Positions 29,022 to 39,700 of a stretch of 64,000 bases of DNA are shown here, piece by piece. The translations under genes were made by a program, and so were the position numbers. The stretch comes from an uncultured Gemmatimonadales bacterium (GTDB lineage: Bacteria; Gemmatimonadota; Gemmatimonadetes; Longimicrobiales; RSA9), in contig CAWCRS010000007.1 of the NCBI GenBank assembly GCA_963798085.1, forward strand, positions 768,001 to 832,000, written 5' to 3'. The notes under the pieces were generated by a model. That model worked only from the letters and a program-made list of their open reading frames with translations, had not been told where the DNA came from and made no database searches. Numbering within the stretch: position 1 is the first letter of the stretch; the number at the start of each line of letters is the position of its first letter.

Positions 29022-30377
29022 ATGAGCGATAACAGTACGAGCGCGCTGAACCGGACCGGGTTGCAGGTGCTGCTGAGCAAGGTTGTCGACGTACGCCCGC
29101 ACGAGGTGGGCGCGCTGCTGGTCTCCTGCGCCTACTTCTTCTTCATCCTGACCAGCTATTACATCATCCGCCCGATCCGCGACCAGATGGGCGTGGCCGC
29201 GGGCGTGCAGAATCTGCCCTGGCTGTTCACGGGCACGATGCTCTCGATGCTGCTGCTGAACCCGCCGTTCGCGAAGCTGGTCGCGCGCTTTCCCCGCAAG
29301 CGGTTCATTCCCTACACGTACCGCTTCTTCATGCTCAACCTGCTCCTCTTCTTCGTGCTGCTGCGCACCCTGCGCGGGCCGGAGGCGGTGTGGCTGGGGC
29401 GTGCGTTCTACATCTGGGTCAGCGTCTTCAATCTTTTCGTGGTGTCCGTCTTCTGGGCGTTCATGACGGACATCTTCCGCAATGAACAGAGCAAGCGCCT
29501 GTTCGGGTTCATCGGTGTGGGCGGCACGCTGGGCGCCATCTTCGGCGCTTCCATCACCGCATTGCTGGCGCGCATCTTCTCGACGACCAACCTGCTGCTC
29601 GTGGCGGTGGTCTTCATCGAAGTGGCGGTGCAGTGCGTGCGCTGGCTGGGCCGACTGGTGAGCGACGCGGCCGGGCGCACCACACAGGCGGTCCCGGGCG
29701 AGCGGCCCATCGGCGGCAGCGCGCTGGCCGGGCTGACGCACCTGCTCCGTTCGCCCTACCTGATGGGCATCTGCCTGTACATGCTGGTGTTCACCATTGG
29801 CTCGACGTTCCTCTACTTCCAGCAGGCCACCATCGTCTCGCAGGCGGTGCACGGTCGGGATGCGCAGACCGCGCTGTTCGCGAAGATCGACCTGATGGTG
29901 AACGTGCTCACGGCGATCATCCAGGTGCTCTTCACGGCGAGGCTGGTCAAGCGCTTCGGCGTCGGCGTGACGCTGGCGATCGTGCCGCTGCTCTCCGTCT
30001 TCGGCTTTCTCGGTCTCGCCATGGTGCCGACACTGAGCGTCGTCATCGCGTTCCAGGTGGCCAGACGGGCTGGCAACTTTGCCGTGGCCCGCCCCATCCG
30101 CGAGGTGCTCTTCACCGTCATTCCGCGCGAAGACAAGTACAAGGCGAAGAGCTTCATCGACACCTTCGTGTATCGCGCCGGTGATCAGGTGGGCGCCTGG
30201 TCGTATGCGCTGATGGGCTTGCTCGGCCTGGGCGTAGCCGGCATTTCGCTCGTGGCCGCCCCCATCTCCGTAGTCTGGTTCCTGCTCAGCCTGTGGCTGG
30301 GGCGGCGCCAGGCCGAGCTGGCGGAAGGCCAGGACGCGGGACCGACACGGCCTCTGGCCGAGCCGGCTCTGGCATGA
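29022..30377 (+). CDS. Npt1/Npt2 (TLC/AAA)-like nucleotide transporter, MFS fold
   Basis: YYIIRPIRD, VSVFWAFM, KRLFGFI and KYKAKSFIDTFVYRAGD motifs. Confidence 0.88.
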   Translation: MSDNSTSALNRTGLQVLLSKVVDVRPHEVGALLVSCAYFFFILTSYYIIRPIRDQMGVAAGVQNLPWLFTGTMLSMLLLNPPFAKLVARFPRKRFIPYTYRFFMLNLLLFFVLLRTLRGPEAVWLGRAFYIWVSVFNLFVVSVFWAFMTDIFRNEQSKRLFGFIGVGGTLGAIFGASITALLARIFSTTNLLLVAVVFIEVAVQCVRWLGRLVSDAAGRTTQAVPGERPIGGSALAGLTHLLRSPYLMGICLYMLVFTIGSTFLYFQQATIVSQAVHGRDAQTALFAKIDLMVNVLTAIIQVLFTARLVKRFGVGVTLAIVPLLSVFGFLGLAMVPTLSVVIAFQVARRAGNFAVARPIREVLFTVIPREDKYKAKSFIDTFVYRAGDQVGAWSYALMGLLGLGVAGISLVAAPISVVWFLLSLWLGRRQAELAEGQDAGPTRPLAEPALA

Positions 30378-30447
30378 AGAGGCACAATCCGCGACGTTGG
30401 ACGCGTAGTCGACAAACAGCGCGTTTGGTGCGCAAAGGGAACCGATA

Positions 30448-30894
30448 ATGATGAAGGACTCGAATCAGGAGCGCCCCGGGCTCGCCCTCAAGATCGGCAT
30501 TGCCGGCGCGATCGGACTGGGCGCCGTGGTGAGCGGCCTGCTCATCTCACGCCGCGGCCGCCGTCTCGTGCGTGAAGCCTGGGAAGGCCGCCGCCGCACA
30601 CGCATCGAGGATCGCGTGCTGGATGCCCTCTGGGGTGACGACGTGGTGGGCCGGCGCAACTTCGATGTGAAGGAAGCCGAAGGCGGTGTGATCGTGCTCT
30701 CCGGCGTGGTGCGCAGCCGGCGCGAGCTGATGCGGGCCCTGCGCATTGCGGAGAAAGTGAAAGACGTGCAGGGGGTCGAAGACCGCCTGGTGATCGAGCG
30801 CATGCCCCGCCCGGAGCGCAACCGCCTGCGCCCGCTGGCCCGGGCCGCCCGTCGCCGGTTCCGTCATGCCACGGACGAGGAAGGCGACGAGTAG
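30448..30894 (+). CDS. BON domain protein with N-terminal TM segment
   Basis: IEDRVLDAL..GVIVLSGVV..AEKVKDVQGVEDRL. Confidence 0.82.
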   Translation: MMKDSNQERPGLALKIGIAGAIGLGAVVSGLLISRRGRRLVREAWEGRRRTRIEDRVLDALWGDDVVGRRNFDVKEAEGGVIVLSGVVRSRRELMRALRIAEKVKDVQGVEDRLVIERMPRPERNRLRPLARAARRRFRHATDEEGDE

Positions 30895-30898
30895 CACT

Positions 30899-31042
30899 CG
30901 GACCACCTTGGCGTTCTTGGCTTTCGGCCGGTCCGGCTATGCGTAGCGGGTCCGCCTGAGGCCGTAGCGGCCCAGAATCACGGCCGGAGTGGGGCTACAA
31001 TGGTCCTCTGGAGCGCGTACCCACGAACGCCAAGACGGTCCG
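30899..31042. repeat. MITE/REP-like element, copy 1 (imperfect 25-bp terminal inverted repeats)
   Basis: CGGACCACCTTGGCGTTCTTGGCTT ... TACCCACGAACGCCAAGACGGTCCG; homologous to 39511-39635. Confidence 0.75.
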
Positions 31043-31186
31043 AAGCGACATATCGTCTCCCACGCGCATGCATTCCCCGCCTTCTGGCCCGACCCGCCAG
31101 CCACCACCCCCACAATGAGACAGCGCGCAGTGCGCATCGGCCATCCCGCGGCCGGCTGGCCTGATCGCTCGACTTGCCGGACGGCG

Positions 31187-32765
31187 TCAGCTCCCCGCTA
31201 ACGCGAAGAGCAGGTCGACGTACGCCTTCTCAATGCCGGCGAGGCCCGCGACCTGCGAACCCGGGGCGGGGCGGATCAGCATGTACTCGTTGGGAGCGTG
31301 CGCGCCCGAGCCGTGGCCCAGGCCGGAGAAGACCAGCGGCAGGCCCAGGCGCTCCGTGAACTGATAGAAGGGAGCGCTGCCCGCCAGCCGGGGCGAGACC
31401 GTGGGCGTGTGGCCATACTTGTTGAACACGCTGATGGCCGCGTGCACGAGTGGTGCGTCGACGGATGTCTGCGCCGCCGGATAACCCGCGAGTTGACGAA
31501 TCACAATGTCGTCGAAGCCGTTGCTGTCGAGATGGCGCCGGATCATCGCGAGTGCGCTGTCAGCGCGCAGACCCGGTGGCAGACGCGAGTCGACCTTGGC
31601 GGTGACCTTGTGCGGCACGATCGTCTTGCTGCCTTCACCGGTGTAGCCGCCCCAGATGCCGTCGAATGTTCAGTGTGGGATCGTAGAGGTACTTCATGAT
31701 GGCGGCGCGGCCGGTCACGCCATCGATCCAGTGGTCCACCGCGAACGACTGCTGCTGCCGCTTGTCGTCCCAGTGATCCACCATGCTGTTGATGAGCCGT
31801 TGCTCCTCGGGTGTGGGCGGGCGCACACCATCGTAGTAGCCGGGCACCGTGATGGTGTTGCCGTCCTTCGATGTGAGCGTCGCGAGGGCCTGCACGAGGC
31901 GCAGCGCGGGTGCATCCACGATGGCCTTGTACGACCCGTGGATCTCCGCGTTGCGCGGTCCGCCCTTCGGTCCGCCCGCCGCTTCCATTTCCATGTACAG
32001 GATGCCCTTCACACCCATGCTCATCTCGAAGCCGCCCGTAGCGTCCTGCGAATTGAACGGGAATACCGCGCCCGCAGCTGTGCGCATGCGCGCTTCGTAG
32101 TGGTCGACGATCTGCGGGTAATGCGGTGAGCCCAGCTCCTCCTCGCCTTCCGCGGCTACCATGAGATTCACAGGCAGCTTGCCATCAACGGCAAGGATCG
32201 ATGCGACGGCGTTCAGGAATGCGCGCTCCGGCCCCTTCTGGTTCGTCGCTCCGCGTGCTACGACCACGGTGCCCAGTGCATTGTCGACCAGCCGGGCTTC
32301 GAAAGGAGGCAATGACCAGTCCTTCGGCTCGACCGGTTGCACGTCGTACATCATGTAGAGCAGCAGCGTCTTCGGTGCGCCCGCGTCGTAGAAGCCCCAC
32401 ACACCGGGATGCCCGTCCGTGGGTACCAGCTCCGCTTCCTTGAAGCCGACGCCCTTCAGGTCGCTGCGCACCAGCTCCGCCATCTCGCGGATGCCGATGT
32501 TCTGCGCGCTCACCGAAGGCTGCCGCAGCCAGCGCTGCAACTGCGCCACGTGCTCGTTCTGGTGCTTGTCAATGTAGTCGTAGATGGCCGCATGGTCCCC
32601 CGCATACGGGGGAATCGCGGCCGCATCGAACTTCTCCTGCGTGGTGAACCGGAACCGGTCGCTCGGCCGGACCGGCAGTCCCGAGCCGCGCGCGGGATTC
32701 TGCTGCAGCCGACAGGAGAAGGCGCAGCTCAGCAACAGCGCGAACAGCAGCACTCGCCGCTTCAT
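31187..32765 (-). CDS. M20/M25/M40 metallopeptidase, secreted, frameshifted near 31665
   Basis: MYDVQP, ARGATNQKG, EGEEELGS, and AHAPNEY in the downstream frame. Confidence 0.88.
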
Positions 32766-32842
32766 TGCACGGCTCCGTCATGAGGGATCAGCAAGAATGC
32801 GCGCAGCCCGGTCAGAGTGACAAGCACAGAACGGCCGAAATA

Positions 32843-33402
32843 CGTTGCTGGCGCTGGTTGCTGGGCTGGTTGCTCGGGAACAGCTCGTACTGAAACGGAA
32901 ACGGACGAACTGCGTTGCTGGGGCTGGTTGCTGGCGCTGGTTGCGCGGGAACAGCGCGTACTGAGCAGAAACGGACCAACCATGTTACCGGGCCTGGTTG
33001 GTGGGAACGGGATATCTCGTAAACAACCGGTATTCAGCCGTGCCAACTACCAGTTACGTGTGAGACCATCCCACCGCCGAGCGCGCACGGTCATGGTCCG
33101 GAACGCTGTTCCTCGCCGTTGCCGTTCAATCCGTTCCCAGCAACCAGCCCTGGCAACCAGCCCCAGCAACGCAGTTCGCGTTTGCGGTTCGCGGTTGCCG
33201 TTCAATCCGTTCCCATCAACCAGCCCGAGCAACCAGCCCCAGCAACGCAGTTCGCGTTGGCGTTTGCCGTTGCCGTTCAATCCGTTTCCAGCAACCAGCC
33301 CGAGCAACCAGCCCCAGCAACGCAGTTCGCGTTGGCGTTTGCCGTTGCCGTTCAATCCGTTTCCAGCAACCAGCCCGAGCAACCAGCCCCAGCAACGCAG
33401 TT
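32843..33402. repeat. Bipartite tandem repeat cluster: 3 inverted plus 4 direct copies of a ~47-bp core
   Basis: Core CGTTYCC-AGCAACCAGCCCG-AGCAACCAGCCCC-AGCAACGCAGTT. Direct units start at 33118, 33194, 33269 and 33344; inverted units at 32843, 32908 and about 32977. Confidence 0.92.
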
Positions 33403-33487
33403 GATCCGTTGACTCGGCCGCAGGGCCAGACACGCCGTCCCCACCCGGCCCTTGCGTTAGCCCGCCGCACGCCCGCCATTACCGCAC

Positions 33488-34171
33488 ATGAACCACACCC
33501 CGAACGGCCAGGCGATCGGGCTGGCGGAACTGTCGCCTTTTGCCGGGCTCACGGATGCGGCGCGCGCGTGTGTGCTTGCTGCGGGCGAGCAGCGGCGCTA
33601 CGCACCCGGGCAGTTTCTCTGGCGCGAAGGCGGGCAGGCAAACGGGCTGTTTGCCATCCTCGAGGGGCGGGTGCGCATGCTGCGCGTGCACCACGGCCGG
33701 CCGTACGTGGTGCACCACGAGGATGCCGGCAGCACGGTCGGCGAGCTGCCGCTGTTCGATGGCGGCGTCTACCCGGTCACGGCGCTGGCGGCCACGCGCG
33801 TGCGCTGTCTGTTCCTGCCGGAGGCGGCGCTGTGGCAGGCCATGGCGCTGGACCCGAACCTCGCGCGCGACCTGCTCGGCCGCCTCGCCCGCCGCATCCG
33901 CCAGCTGGTCGCACGCTTGCACGATGTTACGGTGGGCACGGTCCGCTCCCGTCTGGCGGCGCACCTGCTGGCGAGGGCCACGCTCACACAGGGTCGCGCG
34001 TTCACGCTCGCAGGCACACAGGCGCAGGTGGCGGAAGAGCTGGGGACGGTGCGCGAGGTGCTCGCGCGCGAGCTTGCGCGTTTGCGCGATGACGGTGTCA
34101 TCCGCTTCGCGGGTGGCGGCCGCTATGCCGTGCTGGACGAAGCGGCGCTCGAAGCGATCGCCGAAAGCTGA
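33488..34171 (+). CDS. Crp/Fnr family transcriptional regulator
   Basis: cNMP-binding domain (GELPLFDGGVYPVTA) and HTH TQAQVAEELGTVREVLAR. Confidence 0.92.
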   Translation: MNHTPNGQAIGLAELSPFAGLTDAARACVLAAGEQRRYAPGQFLWREGGQANGLFAILEGRVRMLRVHHGRPYVVHHEDAGSTVGELPLFDGGVYPVTALAATRVRCLFLPEAALWQAMALDPNLARDLLGRLARRIRQLVARLHDVTVGTVRSRLAAHLLARATLTQGRAFTLAGTQAQVAEELGTVREVLARELARLRDDGVIRFAGGGRYAVLDEAALEAIAES

Positions 34172-34184
34172 GCGCGGCGCGTCG

Positions 34185-36839
34185 TCAGGGACGCGGGCGG
34201 GTGCGACGCGTGGCCGGCGCGGTCAGCGGATCGTCCGGCCAGAAGTGTCTGGGGTAGCGACCGCGCAGGTCCTTGCGCACCTCGAAGTAGCCCGTTCGCC
34301 AGAAGCTGGCGAGGTCGCGGGTGACCTGTACCGGGCGCTGCGCCGGCGAGAGCAGCCGCAGTGTCAGCGGCACGCGACCCTCCGCCAGGCGAGGCGTCTC
34401 CGTCCAGCCGAACACCTCCTGCAGTCGCACAGCGAGCACCGGCGCCGGGGCATCACTGTAGTCGATCGCAATGCGCGAGCCGCTGGGCACCGTCAGGTGC
34501 GTGGGCGCGAGCGTGTCCAGCAGGGCGCGCTGCTTCGGCGAAAGGCGAAGTGCCAGCGCCGCCGCCAGATCCACCCGCCGCAGCTCGTCCAGCGAGCGCC
34601 GGCCCGCCGCGAAGGGGCCCAGCCAGTCATCCAGCGTTGCTAACAGCGCGTCATCGGACAGATCGGGCCAGTCGCCATCCAGCGTACGCAGGAAGGCGAC
34701 CCGCGTACGCAGCGACCGGGCCGCTTCGCCGAACGGCAGGATCGCGCTGCCGGCGGCCCGCACGCCATCCAGCAGCGCGTGCGCGACCTCGCCGGGATCG
34801 GGCCGGGTCAGCGGCGCGTCGGCGAGCACGAGCGCGCCCAGCCGCTGCCGCCGGCGCGCGCGCACCCGCCCGCTGCGCGCGTGCCACGTCACCGTCTCCT
34901 CCACCGCGATCTGCCCCGCGAAATCCTGCTGCAGGTCCGCCGCATCCAGCGGCGCGGCCAGAAATATGGTGTTATCGCGGCCGTGGCCGCCCAGCTCCGC
35001 CGCTACGAGGAATGGCGCATCCGCCAGCGCACTGGCGACAGTCATTTGCGCGCCCTGCCCGCTGCGCAGCCGGAAGCGACCGCGTTCCTTCCTGCGCCGC
35101 TGCGCGATCCGGTCCGGGTACGCGAAGGCCAGCAGCCGTCCCGCCCATTCCGCCTGAACACCGGTGTCAGCATTTGCCCGCGCCTCGGCGGCGCCGCTGG
35201 CTGCGTGTGCCGCGCTGTCATTGCTGTCGCTTCGCGCATCCGCGTCCGGCAGCGCCCGCTGCACACGCTGCCACAGCTGCCTGGCCTCGGCGAGCACGCG
35301 TGTCACCCCGCCATGATCGACGGTCGCGCCGGCCGGCGCGTGGCTTGCGCCGCGTTCTCGCAGCCGCGCCGCGCGCAGCGCATCGAGACGCAGGCGCACA
35401 TCCGGGTCCGGCTCACCCTGTGCGGACCGCAGGATGTCCCGCTCACCGAGCAGCGCAGCGAGTTCGCAGGCCATGCCGGCGAGACCGAGCGGAAGTGCGC
35501 GCACGATCATGTGCGCGAGGCGGGGATGCGCGGGCAGACGCGCGAGCACCCGCCCGTGTGCGGTCAGCTGGTCGTGTGCGTCGAGCGCCTCCAGCTCGCG
35601 CAGCAGCTCTCTCGCCTGCGCGAACGCCGCGGCCGGTGGCGGGTCCAGCCAGTCCAGTTCGGCAGGATCAGTCACGCCCCATGCGGCCAGCTCGAGCGCG
35701 AGCGTGGCCAGATCCGCTTCCAGGATTTCCGGCGAGCAATGCGCGACGAGGCCGGCTTCGTCGCCCTCGGACCACAGACGGTAGCAGGTACCGGGCGCAG
35801 TGCGGCCCGCGCGCCCGCGGCGCTGGTCCGCCGCATCACGCGTCACCCGCATCGTATCCAGCCGCGTCATGCCGGTACGCGCCGAGAAGCGCGGCACACG
35901 CATGAGTCCACCGTCGATCACGACGCGCACACCCTCGATGGTGAGGCTGGTTTCAGCGATCGACGTGGCCAGCACGATCCTGCGCTCACCGCTCACGCCG
36001 GGCGCAAGAGCGCGCCGCTGTTCCTCGCGCGGCAGGTCGCCGTACAGCGGCAGCACGCGCGTGCCCGGTTGCAGCAGCGGGGCCAGCCGCTCCGCCGTGC
36101 GCCGGATCTCGCCCGCGCCGGGCAGGAATACGAGCAGGTCGCCCGTGCTCTCCGGCAGGGCCCTGAACACGGCGTTAGCCGCGGCCTCTTCGATGCGCGC
36201 CGTGCGCGCACGAGGCAGCCAGTGCGTCGTGACCGGCCAGCTGCGACCATGGCTGCGCAGCACGGGCGCTTCCGTGGAGACGGCAGCCGGAACGGCATTG
36301 TCGCCCGCTCCTGACATGCTGTTAGACAGCAGCGCACTTACGGCCAGTCCATCCAGGGTGGCCGACATGACGAGGATGCGCAGGTCCGGACGCAGCAGCC
36401 GCCGGGCGTGCAGGCAGAGCGCCAGGCCCAGGTCCGCGTGCAGACTCCGCTCGTGGAATTCGTCGAAGATGACGGCCCCCACGCCGTCCAGACCTGGATC
36501 GCGCTGTAGCAGCCGCGTCAGCACGCCCTCGGTGACCACCTCGAGCCGCGTGCGTGATCCCACGCGCGTGTCGAAACGGGTGCGGTACCCGACGACATTG
36601 CCCACCGCCTCAGCGCGCTGCTCCGCCATGTATTCGGCTGCGGCCCGCGCCGCCAGCCGACGCGGCTCCAGCATGAGAATGCGCCGGCCCGCGAGCCATG
36701 GTTCATCGAGCAGCGCCAGCGGCACGCGCGTGGTCTTGCCCGCGCCAGGTGGCGCTTCGATCACCAGGCTGGCATACTCGCGCAGCGCCGCGCGCAGGTC
36801 CGGCAGGAGCGCGTCGATCGGCAGCGTCGTCACGCGCAT
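34185..36839 (-). CDS. hrpB: ATP-dependent helicase HrpB
   Basis: APPGAGKTT, DEFHER, MSATL, ATSIAETSLTI, QRRGRAGR; HrpB C-terminus YPRHFWPDDP. Confidence 0.95.
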   Translation of the reverse strand: MRVTTLPIDALLPDLRAALREYASLVIEAPPGAGKTTRVPLALLDEPWLAGRRILMLEPRRLAARAAAEYMAEQRAEAVGNVVGYRTRFDTRVGSRTRLEVVTEGVLTRLLQRDPGLDGVGAVIFDEFHERSLHADLGLALCLHARRLLRPDLRILVMSATLDGLAVSALLSNSMSGAGDNAVPAAVSTEAPVLRSHGRSWPVTTHWLPRARTARIEEAAANAVFRALPESTGDLLVFLPGAGEIRRTAERLAPLLQPGTRVLPLYGDLPREEQRRALAPGVSGERRIVLATSIAETSLTIEGVRVVIDGGLMRVPRFSARTGMTRLDTMRVTRDAADQRRGRAGRTAPGTCYRLWSEGDEAGLVAHCSPEILEADLATLALELAAWGVTDPAELDWLDPPPAAAFAQARELLRELEALDAHDQLTAHGRVLARLPAHPRLAHMIVRALPLGLAGMACELAALLGERDILRSAQGEPDPDVRLRLDALRAARLRERGASHAPAGATVDHGGVTRVLAEARQLWQRVQRALPDADARSDSNDSAAHAASGAAEARANADTGVQAEWAGRLLAFAYPDRIAQRRRKERGRFRLRSGQGAQMTVASALADAPFLVAAELGGHGRDNTIFLAAPLDAADLQQDFAGQIAVEETVTWHARSGRVRARRRQRLGALVLADAPLTRPDPGEVAHALLDGVRAAGSAILPFGEAARSLRTRVAFLRTLDGDWPDLSDDALLATLDDWLGPFAAGRRSLDELRRVDLAAALALRLSPKQRALLDTLAPTHLTVPSGSRIAIDYSDAPAPVLAVRLQEVFGWTETPRLAEGRVPLTLRLLSPAQRPVQVTRDLASFWRTGYFEVRKDLRGRYPRHFWPDDPLTAPATRRTRPRP

Positions 36840-37116
36840 GGATACCCCGGCACGCACTATCCTGCGCAGGTGTGGCGGTTGCCCACTGCAACCCGGAACG
36901 GACTTGCGGGATTCTCAGGCTACGGTTTTTCCAGTAGAACGGCCTGTTGGGAAGCCGCATGGCAACGTCACCGGCGACACCAGTGCAGGACATCGTGGGG
37001 GCTGCACGTTGATATGACTGGAGCCGGCGCCGCCTTTCCGTTAGCATGGGACGCCCGGCCGGGCCGCCGTCGCAGGGTGGCAATGGCAGGACGAATCAGC
37101 AAACCGGGAAGGGTTC

Positions 37117-39429
37117 ATGGCGCTGTGGCTGGCGCTCTCGCTGGCATTGCAGGCACAGGGGCAGGCCGCGGATCCACCACGCGATGTGCCGGGGCATGGC
37201 CGTCCCACGGTCGTGGTCCCGCGCATCGACGCGAGTGTGCGTGTGGACGGCTCGCTGGACGAGCCCGCCTGGGCCGAGGCCGTGCGCCTCACCGGCTTCT
37301 CGCAATACGAGCCAGTGGACGGCCGCCCCGCCGAAGAGCGCACTCAGGTGCGCGTCTGGTACTCCGCGGATGCCATCTACTTCGGCATCGAAGCCTTCGA
37401 TCACGATGCCGCATCCATCCGCGCCACCAATGCCGATCGCGACAACATCGACAGCGACGATCACGTCACCATCTACCTCGATACCTTCAACGATCGGCGG
37501 CGCGCCTTCTTTTTCGCAGTGAACCCGCTGGGCGTGCAGCAGGATGGCGTGCGCAGCGAGGGCGCGATGTCGCCCGGCATGATGTTCGGCGGCAACATCG
37601 ACAAGAATCCGGACTTCTTCTACCAGTCGCACGGGCGGGTCACGGACGACGGCTACGTCGTCGAGGTGCGCATTCCCTTCAAGAGTCTGCGCTATTCCGG
37701 CAACGGTCCACAGGATTGGGGCATCAATATCCAGAGGGACATCAAGCGCACCGGCTATACGGACACGTGGACGGACGTACGTCGCGCCAGCAACAGCTTC
37801 CTGCTCCAGGCCGGCACGCTCACCGGCCTGCACGACCTGCATCGCGGCGTGGTTGTGGAAGCGCAGCCGTTCATTACCGCCACAGCCAATGGCCAGCGCG
37901 CCGATTTCGGTCAGCCCTTCGCGCGCGAGAGCGTGAATCCGGATGCGGGCCTCAACCTGCGTCTCGGTTTCACCAACCTCTCGCTGGACGCGACCGCGAA
38001 CCCCGATTTCAGTCAGGTGGAAAGCGACGTGGGCCAGGTCACGGCCAACGAGCGGTTCGCCCTGTTCTTTCCCGAGAAGCGACCGTTCTTCCTCGAGAAC
38101 ATCGATCTCTTCTCCGCGCCCAATCAACTGGTGTACACGCGCCAGATCGCGAATCCGCGCGCGGGCGCGAAGCTGACCGGCAAGCTGGGCGCGGTCGGTA
38201 TCGCGCACCTGACTGCGCTGGATCAGGGCAATGGCGGCGCGCGCGACGCGCTGTTCAATGTCACCCGCCTGCGTCGCGATTTCGGCGCCGGCTCCGTGGC
38301 CGGCATCGTGTTCACGGACCGCAGCGTGATGGAGGGTCCGGGCTTCAATCGTGTGCTCGCTGCGGATGCGCGCCTGACGTTTGCGAAGCTCTACTTCTTC
38401 CAGGCGCAAGCGGGCGAATCGTGGACGCGCGACACCGCAGCGGTCGCGACGCCCACGCTCAGCTCTCCCATTCGGCATTTCGAAGTGGATCGCACGGGTC
38501 GCGCGTTCGGCTTCAACTACCAGGTCAACGGCGTGGGCTCCGACTTCCAGGCGGCCAGCGGCTTCGTGAATCGCAACGACGTCGTCAATGTGCACGGCTT
38601 CAACCGCTTCACGTTCTACGGCGCGCGCGGCGCAGCCATTGAGAGCTTCACCGCGTTCTTCGGGCCCTCGCGTATCTGGCGCTACGGCGAGTTCACGGAT
38701 GGCGCGGCCATCGAGGGCGGCGAATCCGTGTCAGCCATGGTGCGGCTGCGCGGCGGCTGGCAGAGCAACCTCAACATTGCGCGCAATTTCGTCACGCTGG
38801 AACAGAGTTCGTACGGATCGTATGCGACGACGGGGGCTTCAGGTCTTCAGCCCTATCTTCCACTCGACCGCGTGTCCGGACCTTCCGTGAAGCTCGACTT
38901 CACCACGCCCACGTTCCGCCGCTTCGGCGCCACGGCGTCGGTGCAGCACGCCCGCAATGCGCTGTTTGCCGAGGGCAGCGCTGGCGATGCGCTGAGCCTC
39001 GCCGGCACACTCACGCTGCGCCCCACGGAATCGCTGCGCCTCGAGCTGCGCGAGACCTGGCAGCGGCTCACTCGCGCACGCGACGGCTCCGAGTTCTCCA
39101 GCACGAGCATTCCGCGCATCAAGGCGGAGTACCAGCCCAGCCGCCCGCTCTTCTTCCGCGCGGTCGCCGAGTACCGGTCCGAGAACCACGATGCGCTGCT
39201 GGACGCGCGCACCGGCCAGCCGCTCTTCGTCGACGGCGCACAGAGCGTGGCCGGTCGCACCGCCGGCCTGCGCATGGACCTGCTCGCGTCCTTCGAGCCC
39301 ACGCCGGGCACCGTCGCGTTCCTCGGCTACGGCAGTTCGCTGGCCACGCCCGGCACGCTCGACCCAGCCGACCTCGAACGCACCACCGATGGATTTTTCA
39401 TCAAGCTGGCCTATCAGCTGAGACGCTGA
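37117..39429 (+). CDS. CBM9-like / DUF5916 outer-membrane protein
   Basis: DGSLDEPAW, EVRIPFKSLRY, NPDFSQVESD, FPEKRPFFLE; ends FFIKLAYQLRR. Confidence 0.88.
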   Translation: MALWLALSLALQAQGQAADPPRDVPGHGRPTVVVPRIDASVRVDGSLDEPAWAEAVRLTGFSQYEPVDGRPAEERTQVRVWYSADAIYFGIEAFDHDAASIRATNADRDNIDSDDHVTIYLDTFNDRRRAFFFAVNPLGVQQDGVRSEGAMSPGMMFGGNIDKNPDFFYQSHGRVTDDGYVVEVRIPFKSLRYSGNGPQDWGINIQRDIKRTGYTDTWTDVRRASNSFLLQAGTLTGLHDLHRGVVVEAQPFITATANGQRADFGQPFARESVNPDAGLNLRLGFTNLSLDATANPDFSQVESDVGQVTANERFALFFPEKRPFFLENIDLFSAPNQLVYTRQIANPRAGAKLTGKLGAVGIAHLTALDQGNGGARDALFNVTRLRRDFGAGSVAGIVFTDRSVMEGPGFNRVLAADARLTFAKLYFFQAQAGESWTRDTAAVATPTLSSPIRHFEVDRTGRAFGFNYQVNGVGSDFQAASGFVNRNDVVNVHGFNRFTFYGARGAAIESFTAFFGPSRIWRYGEFTDGAAIEGGESVSAMVRLRGGWQSNLNIARNFVTLEQSSYGSYATTGASGLQPYLPLDRVSGPSVKLDFTTPTFRRFGATASVQHARNALFAEGSAGDALSLAGTLTLRPTESLRLELRETWQRLTRARDGSEFSSTSIPRIKAEYQPSRPLFFRAVAEYRSENHDALLDARTGQPLFVDGAQSVAGRTAGLRMDLLASFEPTPGTVAFLGYGSSLATPGTLDPADLERTTDGFFIKLAYQLRR

Positions 39430-39510
39430 CGCGGGTCAGAGGCGTTCGAAAGCTTTCCTTCCGCGCCGCCCAGACATGGGAATTCAGGGGTTTGGGACAG
39501 CAAGGGGCAC

Positions 39511-39635
39511 CGGACCGTCTTGGCGTTCTTGGCTTACGCCACGTCCGGCCATGGAAGCCCTCCCACTTCCCCTGTAGCCCCCTGCAGCCCGATATAGCGC
39601 GAGCCGCCACAAGCCAAGAACGCCAAGACGGTCCG
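39511..39635. repeat. MITE/REP-like element, copy 2 (perfect 25-bp terminal inverted repeats)
   Basis: CGGACCGTCTTGGCGTTCTTGGCTT (39511-39535) and AAGCCAAGAACGCCAAGACGGTCCG (39611-39635). Confidence 0.85.
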
Positions 39636-39700
39636 AAACCCCCCGCCCACGACCCGCGTACGGGCATGATGTCGCCGAGTTCCCCCACGGAGGAGCGGTC

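Noticed and set aside
33118..33402. CRISPR array
   Set aside because: Inter-repeat segments are near-identical rather than unique spacers; no cas genes in the window
32762..33479. ORFs crossing the repeat cluster (e.g. 32817..33404)
   Set aside because: Open only because the 75-bp period and skewed composition avoid stops; no RBS or protein-like content
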